From Candidatus Latescibacterota bacterium (GTDB taxonomy: Bacteria; Latescibacterota; UBA2968), in the NCBI GenBank assembly GCA_965198115.1, contig OZ240241.1, positions 4,256,001 through 4,320,000 of the forward strand: 64,000 nt of DNA. The letters are read 5' to 3'. A program made the position numbers and the translations under genes. The notes beneath the pieces are model-generated. The model searched no databases. It was not told the origin of the DNA and saw only the letters and a program-made list of their open reading frames with translations. Shown here piece by piece: positions 34,090-44,550 of the stretch (position 1 is the first letter of the stretch; the number at the start of each line of letters is the position of its first letter).

Positions 34090-35580
34090 TTGAAATATGA
34101 CACCATCATCGTTGGAGCTGGAGCAGCGGGCTGCGTCCTCGCATCAAGGTTGTCACAAGACCCATCCAGATCCGTCCTCCTGATCGAAGCCGGACCGGAC
34201 TTCCCCGACACGGAATCCCTCCCCGATGACGTGCGTCTCGGCTACAGTACGTCGTCCGGCACGGTCGCTCGAGGCCACGACTGGGGCTATGTCGCCAAGG
34301 CCGCTTCCCGGACCGAACCTATCATCCGCGGGAAGCTCGTCGGGGGGTCGAGCGCCGTCAACGCGCAGATCTATCTATGGGGACTCCCCTACGACTTCGA
34401 TCGATGGGTCGACTTGGGGAACGATGCGTGGTCGTGGTCCGCCGTCGAACGCTGGTTCCAAAAGGTCGAAACCGATCTCGACTTCGTTGACGGTCACGGT
34501 CAGGACGGACCGATCCAGGTGCGAAGGTATCAGCGTGCAGAATGGCTCGACGCCCAGTCTGCGTTCTATGCGGCCTGCCGCGACGCGGGCTTCGCCGATT
34601 GTCCCGACCTGAACCAGCCATACGCCACGGGAGTCGGCCCTTTCCCGATGAACAATCCTGGAGGCATTCGCATCAGCGCCGCGATCGGTTACCTGAACCC
34701 CGTCCGTGGGCGACCCAACCTCACCGTTTTTGCGAACACGACTGCCCACCGGATCCGTTTCGACGACGCCAGGCCGGTTGGCATCGAGATTGGACACAAC
34801 GGCGAGGTCCAATCGATCGACGCCAACGAGGTCGTCGTCTCGTGCGGCGCCATCGGCACGCCTCTTCTGCTCCAGCGATCAGGCATAGGCGACGCGACCA
34901 ACCTGATGTCTCACGGGGTTGACTCGATCGTCAACTTGCCCGGTGTCGGACACAACCTCCGCGACCATCCCGCCGTTCCGATCTACTGGCAGGCCAACGG
35001 CACGGGCCCGACGGACACGCACTGGCACCAGGTCGGTCTGCGGTATACGGCAGAGGACTCCACTGACAAAGACGACATGATCGTCTACGTCGCTCATCTC
35101 CGCGATGAGCCGAAACTCCTGATGCGACCAACCGTCAACTTGGCTGAAAGCGCAGGCCGCCTCACCATCGCATCACCAGACCCACACGACGACCCGCACA
35201 TCGACTACGGAATGTTCGCTCACCCGCTTGATAGAAAACGAATGCGCGAGGCCATCCGTCTGTGCCGGGACCTGGTTCGTCACGACGCATTCTCCGCCCA
35301 CATCACCGCGTTGCTGCAACCATCCGATGCCGATCTCGCATCGGACGATGCGCTGGACGCCTGGATCCTCCACCACGCCACGACCGGCCACCACGTCAGT
35401 GGCACGTGCAAGATGGGCTCCGCGACGGACCCGCTCGCCGTCGTCGATCAACAGGGCCGCGTCCACGGGGTCGACAACCTTCGCGTCATCGACGCATCGA
35501 TTATGCCCGATTGTGTCCGCGCCAACATCCACGCCACCGTCCTGATGATGGCCGAACGCCTCGCCTCCACGTGGTCGTAG
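34090..35580 (+). CDS. GMC family FAD oxidoreductase (choline dehydrogenase/MftG-like)
   Basis: IVGAGAAG, RGKLVGGSSAVN, VGHNLRDHP, HVSGTCKMG, DASIMP. Confidence 0.92.
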   Translation: MKYDTIIVGAGAAGCVLASRLSQDPSRSVLLIEAGPDFPDTESLPDDVRLGYSTSSGTVARGHDWGYVAKAASRTEPIIRGKLVGGSSAVNAQIYLWGLPYDFDRWVDLGNDAWSWSAVERWFQKVETDLDFVDGHGQDGPIQVRRYQRAEWLDAQSAFYAACRDAGFADCPDLNQPYATGVGPFPMNNPGGIRISAAIGYLNPVRGRPNLTVFANTTAHRIRFDDARPVGIEIGHNGEVQSIDANEVVVSCGAIGTPLLLQRSGIGDATNLMSHGVDSIVNLPGVGHNLRDHPAVPIYWQANGTGPTDTHWHQVGLRYTAEDSTDKDDMIVYVAHLRDEPKLLMRPTVNLAESAGRLTIASPDPHDDPHIDYGMFAHPLDRKRMREAIRLCRDLVRHDAFSAHITALLQPSDADLASDDALDAWILHHATTGHHVSGTCKMGSATDPLAVVDQQGRVHGVDNLRVIDASIMPDCVRANIHATVLMMAERLASTWS

Positions 35581-35708
35581 GGGCGTATTGCCCAGTATCG
35601 AGGCCCGAACGATAAGACGCACAAGGCGAAGCCTGTTGGCGCGTTCGGGTTGACGTGACCTACCCAACATCCGTATATTCAGCGCAGGTTCTTTGACAGA
35701 CATCATTA

Positions 35709-35873
35709 GGATTCAGGTGACGGCTGAGTCGTCAGCCGTAAGAGGGAAGACGGTGCAAATCCGTCGCGGGCCCGCCGCTGTAACCGGGTTGGCTCACGTC
35801 GAACGTCACTGGCCGCAAGGCTGGGAAGACGCGTGAGTCGGTAAACCGGAAGCCAGAAGACCTGCCTGAATCC
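35709..35873 (+). ncRNA. Cobalamin (AdoCbl) riboswitch
   Basis: P1 GGATTCAGG/CCTGAATCC; AGGGAA-GGTGCAAATCC; GCCCGCCGCTGTAA; CACTG..GGGAAG; B12 box AGCCAGAAGACCTGCC. Preceded by TTGACG-N18-TATATT and followed by a terminator-like hairpin (35938-35973) over the TTG start. Confidence 0.96.
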
Positions 35874-35971
35874 GTCGCATTCGAACTTCCTCGAGGACAG
35901 GGAGCGAAGCCACCGGACAGGCGTTTACGCACGCGTGCCCCGCTTCCCTGAGGGAAGTCGGGGTTCTTTTT

Positions 35972-38164
35972 TTGCGCTTTACGTTCTCCATCGGTCTTTT
36001 GCTCGCGTCCTTCTGCGGTGTCGTCGATGCCACTACGCTCGACGGCATCGTAACCATCGTCGATTCCGGACAGCCTCTTGCGGGCGCAACGGTCCGGCTA
36101 GCCGGTACCGAACGTGCGGCGGAGACAGACGCGTTCGGTCGATTCCGCTTCAGCGATCTGCCCCAGGGCGACTACCGAATCGAAGTCCGCCACGTCGGCT
36201 ACCACACATCGTCGCTCGACGTCGCGATCGGAAGTGACTTCCTTCCGCTCTCCATCGCTCTCGTCCCTCAACCGATCCCCCTCGACGATCTCTCGGTCAC
36301 CGCTCACCCCGACCCGGACATCGCTCGACAGCCGGCTTTCTCGGTCATCATCCCGCGCGAAGCGTTCGAAGGTCGTGCAACGACCCTGCCCGAAGTCCTT
36401 TCCGCCACGACGGGAGTCCAGGTTCGATCGCTCGGGGGAATGGGCGCATTCAGCACGATCTCTGTCCGCGGCTCGTCTAGTGAACAGGTCGATGTCTACC
36501 TCGACGGGATCTCTCTCAACACTGCCCTTGGCGGAGGGATCGACCTCAGCAATCTGCCGCTGTCGCATATCGGCCGAATCGAAGTACGGCGTGGCGCCGG
36601 CCAGGACGGCCACGGACTTGGCGGGACCGTTCACATACGCACGAGAGCGATCGCCGATAAAACCCCGCCCGGGGTCTTTGCGTCGTGGGGCTCATTCGAC
36701 ACTCGATCGATCAGCGCCGTCTGGACGGCTCGATCGGGCCGTTGGCGCTCTCTCTTCGTAGTCGACTACGCTGCGAGCGACAATGACTTTCCCTTCCTGG
36801 ACGATAACGGCACGGAGTACAACGCCAACGACGATGCCGTCGTTCAACGGCGGAACAGCGATGTGTCCTCGGGTAGCGTGCTCGCAAAATCGCGTTTCCG
36901 GCTGACCGAAGCTCGCAGCCTGTCTCTTCATCAGACCCTGTTCTGGAAACGCCAGGGCATTCCAGGCCTCAGCAACAATCAGTCGACCGATGCCCGTTTC
37001 GACACATTCCGCAGCCTCACCGAGATCGTCTACGAAGACAGGGCATTCTTCGACCGCCTCTTCTCCCGACAGACGTTCTACTTCACACACACTGGTGAGT
37101 CTTTCGAAGACATCGTTGGGGAGGTCGGCGTGGGTCGGCAGAACAACGAAGACCGTACACGATCGATCGGCTGGCGCACCGAAACCCGCTGGCCGTTCCC
37201 CACCGGGCATCTGATCCGGCTGATCACCGATGTCGGCCGCGAGACGTTCGACCCTACCGCCCACATCCAGCTCATCACGCCACTGTTCGCCGCTCGGCGA
37301 ATGAGGTTTGCCGGAGGAACGAGCGCGGATCTCACCCTCCCGCGTGACATCGGCGTGTGGTCCTCGCGAGTAGACGCGCGACAACTTCGTAGCCGTCTCG
37401 AGGGTCGAAATCCATTCGCATTCTCACCACAGGCCCCCGACAGCAGTCAGACGCAAACGTCGATCAGCGCAAGCACGGGCATCCGCATCGACATTACGAG
37501 CACGCTCTCGTTCAGGGCCAACACCGGTCGTTCCGAGCGCGCTCCCAGCTTTTACGAGCTGTTCGGCGACCGGGGTGGCGTCGTCGGCAACACGAGAATC
37601 CGTCCAGAACGCGCCTACACGTGGGACACTGGATTTCGCTATGGCGGTCCCACGCTCGGGGCCGAGGCAGCCTACTTCGACCATCGCTACAACGACCTCA
37701 TCCAGTTCTTTCAGACATCGCAGGCCACCTCCCGGCCGCACAACATCGGGAAGGCGCGGGTCCGAGGATTGGAACTCAGCGGCTCCGTTACGACTGCGTC
37801 TTGGGCCGTCGGTTTCAACTACACCCTTCAGGACGCAAGCGACCGATCGAATAGTCCGAGCCGAACCGGGAAGACCCTGCCCAACCGGCCGCGGCACGCA
37901 TTGGCTTTCCATACGACCACGAAGTTCCACGGTGTCTCAACGCGGTATGACTACACCTTCCAGGGCGGGAACTTCCTCGACCCCGCCAACCGGCGTCCAC
38001 TCGATCCGCGACATCTTCACGGTGCAGTCGTTCACCTGGACGTGTCTCCGTCTGTTCGACTCGGGCTTGAGGCCAGGAATATCACGAACGCCCAGATCAA
38101 CGACGTTTGGGGCTATCCGCTGCCCGGACGCGCGTGGTTCGTCAACGTCCAAACAGTTCCGTAG
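35972..38164 (+). CDS. btuB: TonB-dependent cobalamin receptor (BtuB-like) with N-terminal carboxypeptidase-regulatory-like domain
   Basis: Plug SVRGSSSEQVDVYLDG; RAPSFYELF; YPLPGRAW; directly under the B12 riboswitch. Confidence 0.85.
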   Translation: MRFTFSIGLLLASFCGVVDATTLDGIVTIVDSGQPLAGATVRLAGTERAAETDAFGRFRFSDLPQGDYRIEVRHVGYHTSSLDVAIGSDFLPLSIALVPQPIPLDDLSVTAHPDPDIARQPAFSVIIPREAFEGRATTLPEVLSATTGVQVRSLGGMGAFSTISVRGSSSEQVDVYLDGISLNTALGGGIDLSNLPLSHIGRIEVRRGAGQDGHGLGGTVHIRTRAIADKTPPGVFASWGSFDTRSISAVWTARSGRWRSLFVVDYAASDNDFPFLDDNGTEYNANDDAVVQRRNSDVSSGSVLAKSRFRLTEARSLSLHQTLFWKRQGIPGLSNNQSTDARFDTFRSLTEIVYEDRAFFDRLFSRQTFYFTHTGESFEDIVGEVGVGRQNNEDRTRSIGWRTETRWPFPTGHLIRLITDVGRETFDPTAHIQLITPLFAARRMRFAGGTSADLTLPRDIGVWSSRVDARQLRSRLEGRNPFAFSPQAPDSSQTQTSISASTGIRIDITSTLSFRANTGRSERAPSFYELFGDRGGVVGNTRIRPERAYTWDTGFRYGGPTLGAEAAYFDHRYNDLIQFFQTSQATSRPHNIGKARVRGLELSGSVTTASWAVGFNYTLQDASDRSNSPSRTGKTLPNRPRHALAFHTTTKFHGVSTRYDYTFQGGNFLDPANRRPLDPRHLHGAVVHLDVSPSVRLGLEARNITNAQINDVWGYPLPGRAWFVNVQTVP

Positions 38165-38172
38165 GAGGAACT

Positions 38173-39441
38173 ATGTTTTGCTCTCTCGTTCGATCCCTGA
38201 TCACAACCGTGATGTTCGTTTCGGTCGCCCACGGGGAGCCGAGAACCATCGTGACGACGACCGACTTCACGACCGGAAGCCTCTCCTCGGTCGACGACGC
38301 GGGAACAGTCACGGACGACCTTCTCCTCATCCACAGTGACGCGCGTGTACGCGTGTTCGGAAACCGTGTCTACATCATCAACCGGCTCGGCCAGGACAAC
38401 ATCATCGTGCTCGACAAGGACGACCTCGCAATGCCCCTCACACAGTTCTCAACGGGCGACGGTAGCAACCCGCACGAAATGATCGTCGTCAGCGACGAGA
38501 AGGCCTACGTTTCGGTTTATGGGAAGGACTACCTGCTTGTCGTCAACCCGGCGACTGGAGACTCGTCGGATATCATCAGTCTCTCCTCCTTCTCGGACGC
38601 CGACGGTCTACCTGAAGCTTCCCAGCTCGCATTTTATGCAGGGCATCTCTTCGTCGCGTGTCAACGACTGGATCGGGATGCTCCTCTCTTCGCCCCTACT
38701 GAATTCAGCACGATCGCCGTCGTCGATGTTTCATCGGACGCGCTGGTGGACATGGATCCCACGAGCCCGGAGATGGATGGGATCCGCCTTACGGCTAGCC
38801 AGCCGTTTGGGGCGGCCCAGCGCGGCCCCTGGTGGGTTCTGGCCGAAGTTGGGACATTCGGTGCCAACGACGGTGGCATCGAAGTTGTGGATCTGATCAA
38901 CCGTGAAGTCAGTGGCATTCTCGTTTCTGAGGAGGCCCTGGGAAATGACGTCAACGCCATCGCGATGGTCAGCGACAGTGAAGGTTATGTCGTGCTGTCA
39001 AGTTCGATTCCCCCGTTTCCGAATTTTGTGCGGCGCTTCAACCTTGGCACGGGGGAAGTATCTGCTACCCTTGAAGGCGTCACTACTGGCTACATTTCGA
39101 CCTTGGTTTCCGCGCCAGGCCGACTCTACGTCGCGGACCGGAGTACCTTCGACGCTCCCGACGAAGCGGGGGTGAGGGTCTTCGATTCAGCAACCGAATC
39201 CCTCATCCAAGGACCACTCGCCACGTCGCTTCCACCCTTCGACATCGCCATTGTTGATGTGGTTCGGAGCGACTTCGACGGAAACGGAAACGTCGATTTT
39301 ACCGACTTCCTCACCTTCGCCACCGCGTTCGAAACATCGCACGGCGATGAAACGTTCTCCTCCAGCTCCGATCTGGACACGAACGGGACCGTCGACTTTG
39401 CTGACTTCCTGATCTTCGCTTCGGAATACGACGGGCCGTAA
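38173..39441 (+). CDS. BtuG/YncE-like beta-propeller with C-terminal paired EF-hand/dockerin-like module
   Basis: YIINRLGQDNI, GSNPHEM, KAYVS; tail DFDGNGNVDFTDF...DLDTNGTVDFADF; RBS AGGAGG. Confidence 0.75.
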   Translation: MFCSLVRSLITTVMFVSVAHGEPRTIVTTTDFTTGSLSSVDDAGTVTDDLLLIHSDARVRVFGNRVYIINRLGQDNIIVLDKDDLAMPLTQFSTGDGSNPHEMIVVSDEKAYVSVYGKDYLLVVNPATGDSSDIISLSSFSDADGLPEASQLAFYAGHLFVACQRLDRDAPLFAPTEFSTIAVVDVSSDALVDMDPTSPEMDGIRLTASQPFGAAQRGPWWVLAEVGTFGANDGGIEVVDLINREVSGILVSEEALGNDVNAIAMVSDSEGYVVLSSSIPPFPNFVRRFNLGTGEVSATLEGVTTGYISTLVSAPGRLYVADRSTFDAPDEAGVRVFDSATESLIQGPLATSLPPFDIAIVDVVRSDFDGNGNVDFTDFLTFATAFETSHGDETFSSSSDLDTNGTVDFADFLIFASEYDGP

Positions 39442-39448
39442 CGAATAG

Positions 39449-40039
39449 ATGTCTGACATCAAGGCCATACCACCCAGCGACCGCATCGATTCACATCATT
39501 GCCTGCACGTCTACTACGGCTATGGGAAAGGCAAGACGACAAGCTGTATGGGGCTGGCGCTCCGAGCGGCGGGTTCAGGTCACAGAGTCGCCATCGTTCA
39601 GTTCGACAAGGGGTACGATGGCGAAGTCGAGCACTACGCCGAGCGAAATGTGTTGCGCACCATCGAGGGCGTGGATCTGCATCCTACCGGAGCCGAACGA
39701 ATGCAGGGCGACGGCAGTTTTCGCTTCGGTGTAGAGTCGCGGGACATCGACGAAGCAAAGCGGGGTGTCGGGATCGCGCGTGAATTCCTCGAATCGGGCA
39801 ACCAGCACGTCCTCATCCTCGACGAAGTCCTGGCGGCCGTCGCCTACGACCTGCTCCCCGAATCAGAAGTGATGTCGCTCATCGACTTCTACGATGCCAA
39901 CCGAGGCTGCGAGCTCGTGATGTCCGGTCACAAAGTGTGGGAAAGCCTGATCGAGCGCGCCGACCTGGTAACAGAAATGCGCAAGGTCAAACACTACTAC
40001 GCCAAAGGCGTCCCCGCACGTCCCGGCATCGAATTTTAG
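39449..40039 (+). CDS. cobO: Cob(I)alamin adenosyltransferase (CobO/BtuR)
   Basis: YYGYGKGKTT, ILDE, ADLVTEMRKVKHYY..G...GIEF. Confidence 0.92.
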   Translation: MSDIKAIPPSDRIDSHHCLHVYYGYGKGKTTSCMGLALRAAGSGHRVAIVQFDKGYDGEVEHYAERNVLRTIEGVDLHPTGAERMQGDGSFRFGVESRDIDEAKRGVGIAREFLESGNQHVLILDEVLAAVAYDLLPESEVMSLIDFYDANRGCELVMSGHKVWESLIERADLVTEMRKVKHYYAKGVPARPGIEF

Positions 40040-40230
40040 CGATTCTTGGCGCCCCTCAGTGACTGACCTGCTGGAGCCTGCACGAAGTCGAAGTGACAGA
40101 CATACTCGGGGACGCGGATCCTTATTCTTACGAAGACAATCGCCGTGAGCCCGAGTGCCCTTCGACGCTGGCGTCGAAGGGTGTAACGAAGGCCGCGCAC
40201 CTTAAACCTGACACCTGACGACTGGCAAAT

Positions 40231-41355
40231 ATGACCCCCAGATTGCTCGCTTACGTCGCAGCCCTGCTCATCCTCCTGGGCCCCACCCACGCCGCCGACC
40301 TCTTCCCCCACAAGGCAGAGATCCGACACGCGACCGGCTTCGAGGTCAGCTACCACGACACCTATAAGATCGTTCGCGTCCTCCGGCCCTGGAAGGGCGC
40401 GAGAGAGACGTTCACTTACGTGCTGGTCCAGGAAGGCACTCCGCGACCCGAGGGCTACGAGGATGCCCAGACAATCACGGTCCCCGTCCGTCGTTTTGTC
40501 GCCCTTTCGTCGACCTACTTGCCCCACGTGGAAAAAATAGATGCCATCGATCGCCTGATCGGACTTGGAAAGGCGTCTTTCGTCTACTCTCCGGCCATCC
40601 GCGCCGAAATTGCAAACGGAAGGATCGTCGAAACGGGGTCCGACGGGAGCCTAAACATCGAAACGCTCGTCTCGCTCTCCCCCGATCTCGTCATGTCCTA
40701 CGGGTCGGGGAACCCCGCCGGCGACGTGCACCCCAAGCTGATGGAAGTCGGCATACCTGCGGCTGTCAACGGTGAATTCATGGAACCCAGCCCCCTCGGT
40801 CGTGCCGAATGGCTGAAGTTCACAGCCCTCTTCTTCAACCTCGAAAAGAGGGCCGAAGTCGCCTTCAAAGAGGTCGAGACGGACTACCTTCGTCTCGCTA
40901 CCCTGACATCCGGCATCGATCATCGGCCGACGGTCTTCACAAACATCAGCTGGCACGGGGTCTGGCACGCATCAGGAGGACGGAGTTTCATGGCTCGGAT
41001 GCTCGATGACGCGGGGGCCGACTACATTTGGAAGGACGATCAGAGCGATCGGAGTATCCCTCTCGACTTCGAAGCCGTCCTCGACAGGGCCCTGCACGCT
41101 CGATACTGGATCAACACGGGTCAGTGGACGTCGCGTCAACAGGCGCTCGCAAACGACGAACGCTACGCCACGTTCGATGCGTTCAAAACAGGTCATATGT
41201 ACAACCACAACGCACGGGCGAATGACACGGGCGGCGACGACTACTGGGAATCGGGTGTCGCGAATCCCCACCTCGTGCTCGCCGACCTGATCAAGATTTT
41301 TCACCCCCATCTGCTGCCCGATCACACGCTGCACTACTATCGGCGGTTGCCCTGA
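40231..41355 (+). CDS. ABC transporter substrate-binding protein (cobalamin/Fe-siderophore family)
   Basis: EPSPLGRAEWLKF, DYWESGVANPHLVLADL. Confidence 0.88.
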   Translation: MTPRLLAYVAALLILLGPTHAADLFPHKAEIRHATGFEVSYHDTYKIVRVLRPWKGARETFTYVLVQEGTPRPEGYEDAQTITVPVRRFVALSSTYLPHVEKIDAIDRLIGLGKASFVYSPAIRAEIANGRIVETGSDGSLNIETLVSLSPDLVMSYGSGNPAGDVHPKLMEVGIPAAVNGEFMEPSPLGRAEWLKFTALFFNLEKRAEVAFKEVETDYLRLATLTSGIDHRPTVFTNISWHGVWHASGGRSFMARMLDDAGADYIWKDDQSDRSIPLDFEAVLDRALHARYWINTGQWTSRQQALANDERYATFDAFKTGHMYNHNARANDTGGDDYWESGVANPHLVLADLIKIFHPHLLPDHTLHYYRRLP

Positions 41356-42446
41356 TGGCCACGCCGCAGCCGCGCCAGGATGAAAACATCCAACCGATGC
41401 CCACGCCGCCCTCGACCGGTGGGCCCTTTTTCACGCTTCTGGCTGGCGTGGTGGTTCTTTTCTGTGCCTCCCTTGCGCTCGGATCCGTCCGGATTCCCCT
41501 TCACGAGGTCATCACCATTCTCGCCGGCGATTCAACGGGCTCAACGGCCTGGCACCAGATCGTCACACAAATCCGACTCCCCCGTGCGATCACCGCTGGG
41601 CTGGGTGGGGCCGCCCTCGCCGTCAGCGGCCTTCAGATGCAGACCCTCTTTCGGAACCCGCTCGCCGGGCCCTTCGTCCTCGGCATCAGCGCCGGCGCGA
41701 GCCTCGGTGTGGCCCTGGTCGTGCTGACGTTTGGGGCCGGGGCTTCCGCCCTCATCGCGGGACTCAGCGTCGCTGGCGGGTTCGGCCTCACCGTGGCGGC
41801 CAGCTTGGGAGCCGGCGCTGTTCTGGGTCTCGTGCTGCTCGTGTCAAGACGTGTCGAGGACAACATGACGCTCCTCATCCTCGGGCTGATGTTCGGCTAC
41901 GCGTCGGGCGCGTTCGTCAGCGTGCTCATCTATTTCAGCGCATCGAACGCGGTACAGGCCTACCTCATCTGGACATTCGGCAGCTTCTCGGGTGTCACCT
42001 TCTCTCAGCTGATCGTCTTCGGCCCGGCGGCCACCATCGGGCTTCTGGTGGCCGCGTGCTCGACCAAGTCGCTCAACACCCTGTTGCTGGGCGAACGTTA
42101 CGCCGAAAGTATGGGCCTGAGTGTGGGATATGCGCGCGTCTGGATTCTGTCCAGCGCCTCGCTCCTCGCTGGCGTCACCACCGCCTTCTGCGGACCCGTC
42201 GCCTTCGTCGGCATCGCGGTGCCCCATCTCGTCCGCAGTCTTTTTTCTACATCCGACCACCGTGTTCTATTGCCGGGCACCTGCCTGATGGGCGCGGCCC
42301 TGGCGCTCTTCGCCGACCTCGTGGCCCGACTACCCGGCAGTCAGGTTACGTTGCCGCTCAACGCGGTGACCGCACTGATCGGTGCCCCGATCGTCGTCTG
42401 GATCGTCCTCCGACGGCGGAACCTTCGCACATCGTTTGCAGCCTGA
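41355..42446 (+). CDS. btuC: ABC permease, BtuC/FecCD family
   Basis: IRLPRA, QTLFRNPLAGP, LGERYAESMG, GIAVPH. Confidence 0.9.
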   Translation: MATPQPRQDENIQPMPTPPSTGGPFFTLLAGVVVLFCASLALGSVRIPLHEVITILAGDSTGSTAWHQIVTQIRLPRAITAGLGGAALAVSGLQMQTLFRNPLAGPFVLGISAGASLGVALVVLTFGAGASALIAGLSVAGGFGLTVAASLGAGAVLGLVLLVSRRVEDNMTLLILGLMFGYASGAFVSVLIYFSASNAVQAYLIWTFGSFSGVTFSQLIVFGPAATIGLLVAACSTKSLNTLLLGERYAESMGLSVGYARVWILSSASLLAGVTTAFCGPVAFVGIAVPHLVRSLFSTSDHRVLLPGTCLMGAALALFADLVARLPGSQVTLPLNAVTALIGAPIVVWIVLRRRNLRTSFAA

Positions 42447-42448
42447 CC

Positions 42449-43486
42449 GTGACCCTGCTCGAAACCCGATCGCTGACCATCGGCTACGCTCCACAAAAGG
42501 CGTCGCCTCAGGTCGTAGCCCACGACCTGACGGTGAACCTGGCGAGCGGGGAATTCGTCTGTCTACTCGGCCCCAACGGCGTAGGGAAATCGACGCTCAT
42601 GCGTACCCTCGCCGGAATGCAGCGACCGCTCGGGGGTCGTGCCTTGATCGCCGGCGTCGACGTCACGACGATGACCACACGCGATCGAGCGCGACACGTC
42701 GGCATCGTCCTGACCGATCGCGTCGACGCTGGTCATCTCGATGCCAGAACACTCGTTGGTCTCGGTCGCTACCCCTACACGGACTGGTTGGGTCGACTCG
42801 GTCCAGACGACCTCGAGCAGGTAAGCTGGGCGATCGCGGCGGTCGACGCGATAGAACTCGCCGATCGCCCCATCAACGAACTCAGCGACGGCGAGCGCCA
42901 AAAGGTGATGATCGCACGAGCCCTCGCCCAGGACACGGCCCTGGTCCTTCTGGATGAGCCGACAGCCTTCCTGGACTTGCCACGGCGTGTGGAAATCGTC
43001 GCTCTGTTGCGCCGGCTGGCCCGCCAGACAGGAAAGTCGATTCTCGTCTCGACACACGACCTCGATCTGGCTGTTCGTAACGCCGACAGGATCTGGCTCA
43101 TGTCGAATTCGAGCATCGAAGTCGGTGTCCCCGAGACACTCGTCCTCAACGGAGCTTTCGGCCGCGTGTTCGAACGCGACGGCATCCTCTTCGATCGCCA
43201 GGCAGGCGCCTTTACCGTCCCGACTGAAAACGTCACCCCCGTCCTGCTTCACGGCACAGGTCTCGTGGGGGCCTGGACGACACGAGCACTCGAACGAGTC
43301 GGTTTCGAAGTCCGTCCTGCACGTTCTCCGGACGAGGCCGCTACGGTCGTTTTTGTCGAAGGCGTCGAGGACCATCCCGTCTGGAGACTCGAGCGACCCG
43401 GTCGCGAAGACGTCTTCGAATCCCTCGACGGGCTTCTCGGTTGTCTGTCGCCCTCGCGGCCCCACCCGACCACCAGACGAACGTGA
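42449..43486 (+). CDS. ABC ATP-binding protein, BtuD/FecE family
   Basis: GPNGVGKST, LSDGERQ, LLDEPT, STHD; GTG start just after the permease stop. Confidence 0.92.
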   Translation: MTLLETRSLTIGYAPQKASPQVVAHDLTVNLASGEFVCLLGPNGVGKSTLMRTLAGMQRPLGGRALIAGVDVTTMTTRDRARHVGIVLTDRVDAGHLDARTLVGLGRYPYTDWLGRLGPDDLEQVSWAIAAVDAIELADRPINELSDGERQKVMIARALAQDTALVLLDEPTAFLDLPRRVEIVALLRRLARQTGKSILVSTHDLDLAVRNADRIWLMSNSSIEVGVPETLVLNGAFGRVFERDGILFDRQAGAFTVPTENVTPVLLHGTGLVGAWTTRALERVGFEVRPARSPDEAATVVFVEGVEDHPVWRLERPGREDVFESLDGLLGCLSPSRPHPTTRRT

Positions 43487-44406
43487 TGCGCATCGTCTCA
43501 CTTATTCCGAGCGGCACCGAGATCGTCTCCGCCTTGGGTCGTGCCGATCAGCTTGTCGGTCGATCTCACGAATGCGATTACCCGGCTTCGGTCGTCGATC
43601 TTCCAGCGTGCACGGCACCCAAATTCGACCCGGAAGGGAGCAGTGCCGAAATCGACGAGCGGGTGCGCGAAATCCTTCAGAATGCGCTCGCCGTCTACAG
43701 CGTCGACGAGAACAAGCTTCGCGACCTGGCACCCGACGTCATCGTAACACAGACACAATGTGAGATCTGCGCAGTCAGTGCGTTGGACGTGCAGCGGACC
43801 GTATCGCAGTGGGTGGGTACCAGATCCCGCATCGTCACCATGGAGGCGGGGGACATCGATGGCCTTTGGGCAGACATCGAATCGCTCTCACTCGCCCTGA
43901 GCGACCTCGATACGGGCAATCTGCTCACGGCGCGTCTCAAAATGCGAATGGCCGACATCGCCGGCGCGGTCCCTTCGCTCGGAGTCGAGCAACCAACCGT
44001 CGTCTGTATCGAATGGTTCGATCCCCTGATGACGGCGGGCAACTGGGTCCCCGAACTCGTGTCCATGGCTGGCGGCAAGTCGCAGATCGGACAGGCCGGC
44101 CAGCATTCGGGAACAATCGAGTGGCACCACCTGTTGGCTGCCGACCCCGATGTGATCGTCCTGAGGCCCTGCGGGTTCGATCAGGGTCGCACAGTCGACG
44201 AAGCGCGCGGAATCCTCTTCGATCGAACCGATTGGCAGCACCTGCGAGCCGTCCGGAACGATCGCGTCTTCGCGACGGACGGAAACCACTTCTTTAACCG
44301 TCCGGGCCCACGTCTCGTCGAGTCCCTCGAGATCCTGGCCGAAATCCTGCACCCCGACCAGTTCGATTTCGGCCACCGCGGCGTAGCCTGGAAACGGATT
44401 TCCTAA
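43486..44406 (+). CDS. Cobalamin-binding protein, BtuF-like (no signal peptide)
   Basis: MRIVSLIPSGTEIV, VGRSHECDYP, PCGF, FNRPGPRL. Confidence 0.85.
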   Translation: MRIVSLIPSGTEIVSALGRADQLVGRSHECDYPASVVDLPACTAPKFDPEGSSAEIDERVREILQNALAVYSVDENKLRDLAPDVIVTQTQCEICAVSALDVQRTVSQWVGTRSRIVTMEAGDIDGLWADIESLSLALSDLDTGNLLTARLKMRMADIAGAVPSLGVEQPTVVCIEWFDPLMTAGNWVPELVSMAGGKSQIGQAGQHSGTIEWHHLLAADPDVIVLRPCGFDQGRTVDEARGILFDRTDWQHLRAVRNDRVFATDGNHFFNRPGPRLVESLEILAEILHPDQFDFGHRGVAWKRIS

Positions 44407-44463
44407 GCCATTGTTTTACAGTCGTATGGCATCGGAAAGGACCATCCGGGGACGACAATTCGC

Positions 44464-44492
44464 TTGCATCGCCGGTTGGCCTTGTCTATTTT
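44464..44492 (+). promoter_or_regulatory. Putative sigma-70 promoter of rpmB
   Basis: TTGCAT-N17-TATTTT. Confidence 0.5.
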
Positions 44493-44550
44493 AAGACTCT
44501 GATTTTTTACGCGTTTACGGTCGATTTGACCCAGTCATTCGAGGTTTCCG

